NCBI GenBank assembly: GCA_965248265.1
Contig: CBDFJF010000001.1
Span: forward strand, 2,336,001-2,400,000
DNA from: Candidatus Latescibacterota bacterium
Lineage (GTDB): Bacteria > Latescibacterota > UBA2968 > UBA8231
Direction of reading: 5' to 3'
DNA length: 64,000 bases
Shown here: positions 29,559 through 38,720 of the stretch, piece after piece
Position numbering within the stretch: the first letter of the stretch is position 1
Layout of the letters: the number at the start of each line of letters is the position of its first letter
Translations under genes and position numbers: made by a program
Notes under the pieces: generated by a model
The model's input: the letters and a program-made list of their open reading frames with translations, nothing else
What the model was told of the DNA's origin: nothing
Database searches by the model: none

Positions 29559-29633
29559 CTCACACCGTGCCCCAGCATTAATTCACCGATCGAACGTTAG
29601 CGTTAATCACAGATCGAACGCCAGCAATGAGGG

Positions 29634-29676
29634 AGGGCCGGATGCTCGGGAGGACAGGCATCCGGCCCTGTTTTTT
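29634..29676 (+). terminator. intrinsic terminator after sigma factor
   Basis: AGGGCCGGATGC/GCATCCGGCCCT stem plus GTTTTTT. Confidence 0.8.
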
Positions 29677-29769
29677 GTTGGAAGCCTTTGGGCTGATATC
29701 TTCCCGGCATGGACCTGACCGCGGGTATCGTCATGCTGCCCTTTACCCACGACGGACAAGTGCCAGGCA

Positions 29770-30972
29770 CTACTCGCCGATAAGCTGGGGGAGTACCTGT
29801 ACAACTGCCCGCTCGATCAGGAGTTGTTCGAATTCTTGGGAATGGACCCGGAGCGCTTTACCCAGGCCGAAGAGGGCAGGTTCTGACCGCTTCCTCAGGC
29901 GACCAGGTTCAATAAACTGGCCCGCATCGCCAGCGATCTCTGCCGCTCCCGCGCCGTCGAAAGAGGACGTCTGACCGGCGCTGTGGGACCCGCTGAACTG
30001 TTCGGAGCTTGCCTTCGGGATGACATCCCCGTCCTCGCCGGTCTCAGCAACCTGGGAGCTTTCGTCCACGGGTGAGTTCCCCGATGACTGCCCGTTCTCT
30101 TCAGTTGCCTCGCTCCTTCGGCTCTCCGCCAGTTCTCGCCTGGCCTCTGATTCCATCTGCTTGGCTTCGGAGGCCACACTGCGGTCCTGTGATGACGGTT
30201 CAGCCGGAGCCATCGCCGCCCGGTAGATGATCTGAGCCTTGCGAATGGTAGCTGCCGGATCGTCAGCTACCTTGGAAGTGTCGATGCTGACCTCACCCCC
30301 GGTGGCGTAGCGACGGTTATCCGGACCTGTCGTGTACTCGTAGCTGGGCCCGCCGCGGGCATAACCGCCGGCCGCTGCCATATGAGCCTGTTCATGTTGG
30401 CGCACCTCGCGATCCCGGGATTTCAACTCCTGAACTTTCTGTTGCTCCTCCTCGGTCAGCTCCTCGGTTCCGGGGCCCCCGGTCCCGCGATCACCAGTCT
30501 CAGCAGCCGGCGATGCCGCCCCCGTGCCCCCGGCATTCGTTTCGCCTACAGGTGTCGGTGTCGCCGCAGCTGCTACAGGATGGGCATCGGCTACAGGTTT
30601 ACCCACCCCAACAGCAGGTTGCGGCAACGGTGCCACCGCGTTCTGGCCATCTGAATGTGTCGGGGAAGCGGATTGTCGGGCATGGGAGCGCTGAGCGCTC
30701 AGGACGCTTGCTGTCAGGGCAGCATCAAGCTCCGGTGCCCCGGGGAGCGAGATGGAAGGCGTCGCCGCAGCTGTCTTATTGGCTGCGATGATGCCGGACG
30801 CCAGCACTGGTAGATGATGGGCAGCGTTGGTGGAGTCCAGACGATCCTGCGCGGTCTCTTCCTCCCCGTGCGCTCCCAGGAGAACAGGGGTCTCCCTTGT
30901 CTCCGATTCAGGAGACTGGGAAAGCGGATTGAATGCGGGAAGTGTTACCGGGGGAAGACTGCCTATCTCCAT
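29770..30972 (-). CDS. SprA-related family protein (putative metalloprotease core in low-complexity flanks)
   Basis: ELKSRDREVRQHEQAH...GGPSYEY..GPD..RYA.GGEVSID...AA.APAEPSSQD. Confidence 0.85.
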   Translation of the reverse strand: MEIGSLPPVTLPAFNPLSQSPESETRETPVLLGAHGEEETAQDRLDSTNAAHHLPVLASGIIAANKTAAATPSISLPGAPELDAALTASVLSAQRSHARQSASPTHSDGQNAVAPLPQPAVGVGKPVADAHPVAAAATPTPVGETNAGGTGAASPAAETGDRGTGGPGTEELTEEEQQKVQELKSRDREVRQHEQAHMAAAGGYARGGPSYEYTTGPDNRRYATGGEVSIDTSKVADDPAATIRKAQIIYRAAMAPAEPSSQDRSVASEAKQMESEARRELAESRRSEATEENGQSSGNSPVDESSQVAETGEDGDVIPKASSEQFSGSHSAGQTSSFDGAGAAEIAGDAGQFIEPGRLRKRSEPALFGLGKALRVHSQEFEQLLIERAVVQVLPQLIGE

Positions 30973-31076
30973 TTACCTTGCTTGAGTGGAGGTGCCGTCC
31001 GTGGCTGTGATTGAAAACGGAAGGTCGCCGTTGTCTATATCGGCAGCGCACGGAGCCAACTTTAAATCTCGCAGAT

Positions 31077-32894
31077 TTAGGTCATCTCAGTGGCTTGTTC
31101 AAGTTGCTCCACCGGCTCGCGCAGGGTTTCGATGGCGTCTCTCCAGAACTCCGGCGACTCGAGGTCACAGTCGAGGGTCTGGCGAGCGACCTCCTCGGCG
31201 GTGGCGCTGCCGGTCGAACGCAGGAACTCCTCATAGCGAGGAAAGAACTCCTCTCCCCCCTGTTGCTTGTAAAGTGAGAAAAGTCCCCGGCTCAGTAGAA
31301 AGCCAAAGGTGTAGGGAAAATTATAGAACGTCACGGAGGTGATGTAGAAGTGCAGCTTGGATGCCCAGAAGTATGGATCCTCTCCCCCCTCTTCCAACAG
31401 CTCACCGAAGACCCGCTGTTGCGTCTGCGCCATCAGCTGTTTGAGGCGACTCACGGCCACCTCTCCAGACTGTCTCTCTTCGTGGAAAGCCTTCTCGAAC
31501 TCGAAACGGACCGGGATATCCATTAGATAGACGGCAGCGTGCGCCGTCTCCATGTCGAGAAGGCGCAGTCTGTCGACGTTGCTCAGCTTCGAATCGCCAT
31601 TCAACATGCCATCCGTCAGGATCATCTCGCCGAAGGTCGACGCCGATTCAGCCAGCGTCATCGGGTAGCGGCGGGCGTAGGGACGTGCCCCTCTCAGTAT
31701 GAAAGAGTGGAAGGCATGGCCAGCTTCGTGGGCCAGGGTTCGCACGTCGCCGATCGTCTCGTTGTAGGTCATGAAGATCCGCGACTCGTTGGACAATTGG
31801 GAGCCGGTGCAAAACCCACCGGACTGTTTGCCGGGGCGCGGCTCCCAGTCGACCCACTGACGCTCGAAAACGGTTTCGGTGAATTCGGCCAATTTCGGGT
31901 AAGCCTGACCGAACCCGGTGCACACCATCCGTTTGGCGCTTTCCCATGTGACCGGGGTCTCCTCAGGCAACGGCAACGGTGCTTCGAGATCGTACCAGGC
32001 GACGCCGTTTTGATTCAGGGCTCGAGCCTTTAGTGCAAGAATTCGCCGGGGCAGCTCAACCGAGTCGAATATTGCCGTGAACATGGCCTCCAGCGATGTA
32101 CGGCTGATGGCGGCCTGGAACAGGGCAACGTCCAGAAAATCGTCGATGCCGCGATGGCCGTTGAGGGTGAGCCTGGTGCCGGCGATCGCGTTCAAAGCTG
32201 CTGCCGCCGTATCCTCGACGGCGGCCCAGGCGCTGTTGCCCCCCTCGAAGGCGGCTTTCCGTACCCGCCGGTCCGGATTGCCCATCAGGGAGCGCCGTTG
32301 CGACATCGGCAGACGTTTGGGCTCGGCATCCGGGAATTGCATGTCGAACTCCAGCTTGCCGGCCACTGCATGATACAGACGGCCCCAGGCGTGGATCCCG
32401 TCGACGCTCAAGTCGGCATTGAGCCGCTCATTCGCCGGTTCCATGGTCTGCTGTGCTTCTTGTCGGAGTCGTCGCAGAAAGTGTTGGCAGCCATCCAGTG
32501 CCGGCCGTGCCAGCAGGGCATCCCAACTCTGTTCCGACGCATCCCGCAGTCCGCGCTTGAGTTCCACCCTGATCTTGTCAGCAGCTGCCGCCGTCAGCGC
32601 GAAGGCGGCCTCTTCACGCTTGTACTCCTCGTTGACCGTATCAGCAGCCGTCAGGCAGGACAGGTAGGAGGCCAGATGTGATAACCGGCGAGATACTTCC
32701 TCGCACCTCAGCAGAACGTCCTCCCATTCCGACAGGGTGTCCTTGCCGGCGTCAGCATCGGCATCCTGACTAAGGATTGTCAGCGTGGATGCCCGTTCAC
32801 CCAGATCGTCGATGTCGGCTCGCAACTGATCCCTGAACGTGCGCATGTCCGGACCGTCGAAAACAGGGAAATAGCTGGTCAAATCCCAGTTCAT
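31077..32894 (-). CDS. pepF: M3B oligoendopeptidase F
   Basis: NWDL, GKQSGGFC, TLAHEAGHAFH, AESAS, FYNFPYTFG. Confidence 0.9.
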   Translation of the reverse strand: MNWDLTSYFPVFDGPDMRTFRDQLRADIDDLGERASTLTILSQDADADAGKDTLSEWEDVLLRCEEVSRRLSHLASYLSCLTAADTVNEEYKREEAAFALTAAAADKIRVELKRGLRDASEQSWDALLARPALDGCQHFLRRLRQEAQQTMEPANERLNADLSVDGIHAWGRLYHAVAGKLEFDMQFPDAEPKRLPMSQRRSLMGNPDRRVRKAAFEGGNSAWAAVEDTAAAALNAIAGTRLTLNGHRGIDDFLDVALFQAAISRTSLEAMFTAIFDSVELPRRILALKARALNQNGVAWYDLEAPLPLPEETPVTWESAKRMVCTGFGQAYPKLAEFTETVFERQWVDWEPRPGKQSGGFCTGSQLSNESRIFMTYNETIGDVRTLAHEAGHAFHSFILRGARPYARRYPMTLAESASTFGEMILTDGMLNGDSKLSNVDRLRLLDMETAHAAVYLMDIPVRFEFEKAFHEERQSGEVAVSRLKQLMAQTQQRVFGELLEEGGEDPYFWASKLHFYITSVTFYNFPYTFGFLLSRGLFSLYKQQGGEEFFPRYEEFLRSTGSATAEEVARQTLDCDLESPEFWRDAIETLREPVEQLEQATEMT

Positions 32895-32936
32895 GGGTGG
32901 TGTCCTGTCGATTGAGGGCCTGCGAAAATCAGAGGG

Positions 32937-34823
32937 CTATTTGACTTTACAGCTTTGCAGCTCGCGCGTGGCCAATCGGATACCGCTTGCCTTGAGTCCT
33001 CGCACGGGATAGTCGGCAATGTCAAACTCTTCGTGCAGTACACGCACGCGGGGCTTGGGTTTGTAGTCCACGCTGATGGTGGCGACCGGATCCGTGGACA
33101 GCTTCAGCAACGTACAGCCGTCGGGAACCAGCGAGTACATCCGGTTCAGGATGAACTTGTCGATGCGGCAGCGTTTGATGTAGCCGAAGCCCTTGGAATC
33201 CTTGTAGAGCGCGCCGAATACCAGGTCCTTGTCGACGAATCCACAATGGAGCATGCCCTTGCCCACGAACAGTTTGTCGGGCACATCGACGACCGAGTAG
33301 GAGCCGTCCTTGCGGATCACGAGCACCCGGTCGTAGGGCGAAACCAGGGCCTGCGTGACGCCGTCAACGGCATGACCGAGGTACCCCGAACTCTTGTCGT
33401 AGGCCAGCTTCAGATCCCTCTTAGCGGCATCCCTGACGTCGACCTTCTCGAAGCGGACAATTTCCGTGCGCCGCGGAAACTGTGAGCCGTATTGGTCGAT
33501 GAGCTTTTCCAGAAAGGCGATGCTGTACGGAATTATCGCCTTGAGGTCTTTGGCGATCTGCGCGAGCCGCTGGCGGATCTCCTTCAATTCCTGCTTGGCT
33601 TTGTTGATGTCGTATAGAGAAATGCGGCGGATGGGAATCTTCAGCAAGGTGTCGACGTCGTCGCGGGTGATCTCGCTTTTCAGTTTGATGGCATGTGGAG
33701 CCAACCCGGTCAGGACAGCATCGACGACGGCCTCAGCCGACTTCTTGTCCTCTATCTCCTTGTAGATCCTGTTCTCGATAAAAATCTGTTCCAGCGTCTT
33801 GGCGTGTTGGCGAGCCTTGAGCTTGTCGGCTTCGACCCGCAGCTCGGCCGTGAGCACGTCCACCAGTCGATCGACACCGTGCTCGACCACCTCGGGAACC
33901 GTCATCACACGCGGCGCATCGCCCGCGATTACCAGCAGGTTCAACGACAGCGAGACTTCACAATCGGTGAAGGCGTAGAGGGCATCGACGACTTCCTCGG
34001 CGTACACCCCGCGCGCGAGCTTGAGATCAATCTCGACTTGCTCGGCCGTGAAATCCTCGATCGTCGATACCTTGACCTTGCCCTTACGCGCCGCGTCTTC
34101 GATCGAAGCGATCAGTGACTCTGACGTGGTCGCGAACGGTATCTCGCGGATGACGATCCGCTTCGGGTCGGAGATGTCCAGCCGCGCTCGCACGTGGACC
34201 TTGCCGTTGCCTTCGCGGTACTCGGATACATCCACCAGGCCCGCCGTCGGAAAATCCGGGAACACCTCGAAGGGCTGATCCTTCATGTAGGCGATCTGAG
34301 CTTGCAGCAACTCGGTGAGATTGTGAGGCAGGATGCGCGTCGACATGCCGACGGCGATGCCTTCGGCCCCCTGGGTCAGCAGTACGGGTATCTTTGCCGG
34401 GAACAGGACCGGCTCATCGTTGCGGCCGTCGTAAGATGGCAGGTACTCGGTGATTTCCGGGTCGAAGAGGACTTCACGCGCCAGCGGCGTCAGGCGGCAC
34501 TCGATGTAGCGGGCCGCTGAAGCCTCGTCGCCGGTAAAAATGTTGCCGAAGTTGCCCTGTTTCTCAATCAGCAAATCCTTGTTCGCCAGCACGACCAGAG
34601 CTGAGTAAATCGATTGATCCCCATGCGGATGGTACTTCATCGTCTGACCGACGACATTGGCCACCTTGTGAAACTTGCCATCGTCGATCTCAGAGAGGGC
34701 ATGTAGAATTCGACGCTGGACCGGCTTGAGGCCGTCATTCACGTGCGGGATGGCCCGGTCTTTGATTACGTAAGAGGCATATTCGACGAAGTTAGTCTTG
34801 TATAGACTGTCCAGGTAAGCCAT
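32937..34823 (-). CDS. parC: DNA topoisomerase IV subunit A
   Basis: YASYVIKDRAIP..DGLKPVQRR, YHPHGD, AARYIECRL; short C-terminal domain. Confidence 0.9.
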   Translation of the reverse strand: MAYLDSLYKTNFVEYASYVIKDRAIPHVNDGLKPVQRRILHALSEIDDGKFHKVANVVGQTMKYHPHGDQSIYSALVVLANKDLLIEKQGNFGNIFTGDEASAARYIECRLTPLAREVLFDPEITEYLPSYDGRNDEPVLFPAKIPVLLTQGAEGIAVGMSTRILPHNLTELLQAQIAYMKDQPFEVFPDFPTAGLVDVSEYREGNGKVHVRARLDISDPKRIVIREIPFATTSESLIASIEDAARKGKVKVSTIEDFTAEQVEIDLKLARGVYAEEVVDALYAFTDCEVSLSLNLLVIAGDAPRVMTVPEVVEHGVDRLVDVLTAELRVEADKLKARQHAKTLEQIFIENRIYKEIEDKKSAEAVVDAVLTGLAPHAIKLKSEITRDDVDTLLKIPIRRISLYDINKAKQELKEIRQRLAQIAKDLKAIIPYSIAFLEKLIDQYGSQFPRRTEIVRFEKVDVRDAAKRDLKLAYDKSSGYLGHAVDGVTQALVSPYDRVLVIRKDGSYSVVDVPDKLFVGKGMLHCGFVDKDLVFGALYKDSKGFGYIKRCRIDKFILNRMYSLVPDGCTLLKLSTDPVATISVDYKPKPRVRVLHEEFDIADYPVRGLKASGIRLATRELQSCKVK

Positions 34824-34831
34824 GATCGATC

Positions 34832-36718
34832 CTACAACAGGTTTTCCATGATGTACTCGCGGCGCTCCGGCGTGTTCTTGCCCATGAAGAACTGCAGGGT
34901 ACCCGGCACCGTCGACATCGACTTGACGCTCACCTTGACCAGGCGCATGTCCGGACCGATAAACTGGCCAAACTCCGATGGCGAAATTTCCCCCAGCCCT
35001 TTGAATCGCGTCACTTCCGGTTGCGAGATCTGTTTGAGCACGCGATCCCGCTCCTTATCACTGTAACAGTAGACGGTCTCCTTCTTGTTGCGCACTCGGA
35101 ACAGTGGGGTCTCGAGGATGTAGACGTGTCCGGCGGCCACTACCTCTTCGAAATAGGAGAGGAAGAACGTCAGCAGCAGATTGCGGATGTGGAAGCCGTC
35201 CACGTCGGCGTCCGTGGCGATGACGACATTGTTGTAGCGCAGGCCCTCGACCCCATCCTCGATGCCCAGCGCCATCATCAGGTTATAGAGTTCCTCGTTC
35301 TTGTACATGTCGCCCTTGTTGCGGCCAAACATGTTTTGCGGCTTGCCCTTGAGCGTGAAGATGGCCTGCGTGTTCACATCTCTCGAAGAAACGATCGAAC
35401 CGCCCGCCGACTGTCCCTCGGCGATAAACACGGTTGACTCATCCCCTCGTTTCTTGTCACCGAGGTGATACTTGCAGTCTTTCAGATTCGGATTCTTGAT
35501 CTGAATCTTCCTGGCTGCCTCCTTCGCCTCTTTTTTTACCGCGTTCAGCTCCTTGCGCAGCTTCTCGTTGTGGGCGATGCGAGATTCCAGCTTCGCGGCT
35601 GCATCCGAATGCTTGTGCAGAAAGTCGACGACGGCGGTCTTGACGTCGGTAACCACCCACCCGCGCAGGTCCGTGTTACCGAGTTTGTTCTTGGTTTGCG
35701 ACTCGAAGACCGGCTCCTGTACCTTGATCGACACCGCGCCGACGATTCCCTCTCTTACGTCGATGCCGTTGTAATTCTTGCGGTAGTACTCGTTGACCCC
35801 CTTGAGCAACCCTTCCCGGAAAGCGCTCTGGTGGGTACCGCCGTCGCTGGTGTACTGACCGTTGACGAAGGACCGATAGGTCTCGCCGTAGCCCTCGATG
35901 TGGGTGAAGGAAAACTCGATGTGGTCACCCGTGAAGTGGGCCGGTTCGTAGGCGACGTCCTCGCCAACCTCGCGCCGCAACAGATCCAGCAGCCCGTTCT
36001 TCGATTCGAACTTGGTGCCGTTGAGGTATAGTTGCAGTCCACTGTTCAGACACGCATAGTTCCACAGTCTCTGCTCGACGAACTCGAGGTTGTAACCGTA
36101 GTCGTCGAAGATCTGGAGGTCAGGGATGAACTCCACCAGCGTGCCATCTGCCTCGGTGGTGCGGCCCTTGGCCTGATGCGTCAACGTGCCCCGCTCAAAT
36201 TGTGCCTCGAAGCGCTTGCCCTCACGGAATGAAGTCACCTGGAAGGTGCCGGAAAGCGCGTTGACCGCTTTCGTCCCCACCCCGTTGAGACCGACGCTAA
36301 ACTGGAAGACCTCATCATTGTACTTGGCGCCGGTGTTGATGACCGATACGCACTCGATCACCTTGCCCAGCGGAATGCCGCGCCCGTAGTCGCGAACCGC
36401 GACTTTGCGATCGGCGACGCTGTTGTCGGCGACGAGGACCTCGACCTTCTTGCCGAATCCCATTATGAACTCATCGACGGCGTTGTCGATGACCTCTTTG
36501 AGGAGCACGTAGATGCCATCATCGGGATCCGACCCGTCACCGAGCCGGCCGATATACATCCCCGTGCGCAGGCGGATGTGCTCGAGCGAGCTGAGTGTCT
36601 TGATCTTGCTTTCGTCGTAGACGGCACCGGTACTGGCGCGCGCTTTCCGGCCGTTGCCGTTCGTGCGTTGTCGCTTCTTCGATTGGAACAGATCGCTCTG
36701 TGAAACCGTCGCTGTCAT
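34832..36718 (-). CDS. parE: DNA topoisomerase IV subunit B
   Basis: EHIRLRTGMYIG, EVIDNAVDE, GLNGVG, EGQSAGGS, ATDADVDG, RFKGLGE; start ATG 36718. Confidence 0.9.
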   Translation of the reverse strand: MTATVSQSDLFQSKKRQRTNGNGRKARASTGAVYDESKIKTLSSLEHIRLRTGMYIGRLGDGSDPDDGIYVLLKEVIDNAVDEFIMGFGKKVEVLVADNSVADRKVAVRDYGRGIPLGKVIECVSVINTGAKYNDEVFQFSVGLNGVGTKAVNALSGTFQVTSFREGKRFEAQFERGTLTHQAKGRTTEADGTLVEFIPDLQIFDDYGYNLEFVEQRLWNYACLNSGLQLYLNGTKFESKNGLLDLLRREVGEDVAYEPAHFTGDHIEFSFTHIEGYGETYRSFVNGQYTSDGGTHQSAFREGLLKGVNEYYRKNYNGIDVREGIVGAVSIKVQEPVFESQTKNKLGNTDLRGWVVTDVKTAVVDFLHKHSDAAAKLESRIAHNEKLRKELNAVKKEAKEAARKIQIKNPNLKDCKYHLGDKKRGDESTVFIAEGQSAGGSIVSSRDVNTQAIFTLKGKPQNMFGRNKGDMYKNEELYNLMMALGIEDGVEGLRYNNVVIATDADVDGFHIRNLLLTFFLSYFEEVVAAGHVYILETPLFRVRNKKETVYCYSDKERDRVLKQISQPEVTRFKGLGEISPSEFGQFIGPDMRLVKVSVKSMSTVPGTLQFFMGKNTPERREYIMENLL

Positions 36719-36925
36719 ATTTCCGTCTATTCGGTCTGTGGTTTGCCGATGCCGGATACCCGGCATCGGTACAAGTCGAGACAGATATAGCAACCGCGGC
36801 AATGCGCCGCAGGGTTCAAAAAAGGGGAGGAGAGTGCTGGCTGGAAAAGTAATCCCCAGTTCGCGTGGTCAGAAAACACGTAGGGGGAAGGAGAATTACT
36901 GATGTCAGCGGCAAAGCTTCGAGAA

Positions 36926-37004
36926 CACTCTGTTCGCGAACGAACGCACTCTGTTCGCGAACGAACGCACTCTGTTCGCAGACGAACGCACTCTGTTCGC
37001 GAAC
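36926..37004. repeat. 21-bp tandem repeat, about 3.8 copies
   Basis: CACTCTGTTCGCGAACGAACG at 36926, 36947, 36968 (variant) and 36989 (partial). Confidence 0.9.
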
Positions 37005-37108
37005 ACCTCTGGCGGTTGTGGTGCGGGGGATCGCCGAGGTTCAGCTTCTGGTTTTGCCAAGATAATGATGGTAATGAGGTTTAGTATACTGCACATTTGT
37101 GCACGCCG

Positions 37109-38428
37109 TCAAGTCGGGCTTTCTGCCCCCCCGTTGCTTGTCGGTTTGCGCCGATTGGAACCGCGACGACGACTGGAGCCCGAGCGACCGCTGCCGCCGG
37201 CACCAGCGTTGCCACCTTGTCCCTGACCACCTCCGGATCGGCGTCTACCCCCACCTCCGCCACCCTTGTGCCTGGGTTTTGAACCTCCGCCGCCGGTGGG
37301 ACCACGCTTGGCTTTCTTCGCAGGATCAGGCGGCGCGCCGACCCACACCGGCTCGATGTCATTGCGTCGCAGAATGCTGTCCAGCGTGCGCAGATCGCGA
37401 TCCGTGACAAGGGTCAGTGCCGTACCAGTACGCCCCATCCTTCCCGCTCGTCCAGTTCTGTGGGTGTAAATCTCAGAGTTGAAGGGGAAATCGTAGTTGA
37501 CGACATGACTGACGTGACTGAAATCCAAACCACGGCCGGCAAGATCGGTGGCAATCAGGTATTTGATCTTTTTGTTGCGAAAGCGATTGAAGATGGATGT
37601 GCGACGATCCTGGTCGAGTCCGCCATGGATGAACTCTGCGGAACTCAAGGAGCGTCCGAGCTCTTTGTGGAGCGTGCTGCCACGATCGCGGGTATTGCAG
37701 AACACGATCGCCTGTCGCACCGCGTCTTCCTTGAGGTACTCGGTAAGGGCCGTGAGGCGGTTGCGCTCGTAGAGGAAATGATGTTCGAGGGATGAGGGCG
37801 CACGCTGACTGCTATTCAACTCGATGCGCACGGGGTCGGTAAGGTATTTGCTGGAAAGCCGGGTGATCTCCGTCGGCATTGTCGCGGAGAATAACAGCGT
37901 CCGGTGTTCCTGCAACAGGCAAGAAAGAATGAAATCGACATCCTCCAGAAAGCCCATATTCAGCATCTCATCCGCTTCGTCGAGGACGACGGTCCGAACC
38001 TGCGTCAAATCGAGCTTCGTGTTCCAGATGAAATCGATCAGCCGACCGGGTGTGGCCACCAGAATATTGACCTTGTGCGCGAGCTTCGCCTTCTGAATGT
38101 CCATGTCGAAGCCACCGAAGACGGCGAACGGCACGACCTCCGTCTTGCTGCCCACCCGGTCCAATTCCTGCACGTACTGTAGTGCCAATTCCCGTGTCGG
38201 TACCAGGACCAGGTGCTGAATGGCCGTGGAATCGGGATCCGTTAGCTGTATCAACGGCACGCCGCAAGCCGAAGTCTTGCCGGAACCGGTCTCCGCCAGG
38301 CCGACAAGATCACGGCCCTCCAGAATGTGAGGGATCGCCTGCTCCTGGATGGGCGTCATGTCGACGTACCCCATCTCGTCGAGGGATTCCAGCACTTCTG
38401 GCTTTAGGTCGAGTTCGCTGAATTTCAT
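37109..38428 (-). CDS. DEAD-box RNA helicase
   Basis: Q motif, AETGSGKT, PTRELA, TPGRL, DEAD, SAT, HRTGRAGR; Gly/Arg-rich tail. Confidence 0.95.
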   Translation of the reverse strand: MKFSELDLKPEVLESLDEMGYVDMTPIQEQAIPHILEGRDLVGLAETGSGKTSACGVPLIQLTDPDSTAIQHLVLVPTRELALQYVQELDRVGSKTEVVPFAVFGGFDMDIQKAKLAHKVNILVATPGRLIDFIWNTKLDLTQVRTVVLDEADEMLNMGFLEDVDFILSCLLQEHRTLLFSATMPTEITRLSSKYLTDPVRIELNSSQRAPSSLEHHFLYERNRLTALTEYLKEDAVRQAIVFCNTRDRGSTLHKELGRSLSSAEFIHGGLDQDRRTSIFNRFRNKKIKYLIATDLAGRGLDFSHVSHVVNYDFPFNSEIYTHRTGRAGRMGRTGTALTLVTDRDLRTLDSILRRNDIEPVWVGAPPDPAKKAKRGPTGGGGSKPRHKGGGGGGRRRSGGGQGQGGNAGAGGSGRSGSSRRRGSNRRKPTSNGGAESPT

Positions 38429-38720
38429 TGCAGCCGGAGGTCTTCCTGTGGCGAAGGGCTACCCCTAAGCGCGTGCACTCAGTCACCTGCACGCAGGCTG
38501 TAACAGGGGGACCGTTGCACCGGATATCTGCCGGCGCGGATTCGGAGCGGTCGCCAAGGTCTCACGTCATCTGTCGCGAGGCCCGCGACCGGGAGGTCGG
38601 GAGGAGGTTGAGTCCGGAAGGGCTTGTCTAGCGCTCTCTCGTCTCGTTCTCTTATCTTCTATCTGTTCTAAAGGTAGGACACTGCAGGCGGTTGGCAAAC
38701 CGAACCCGAAAACGCAGAGA

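Noticed and set aside
36926-37004. CRISPR array
   Set aside because: Units are contiguous with no unique spacers, and there are no cas genes in the window
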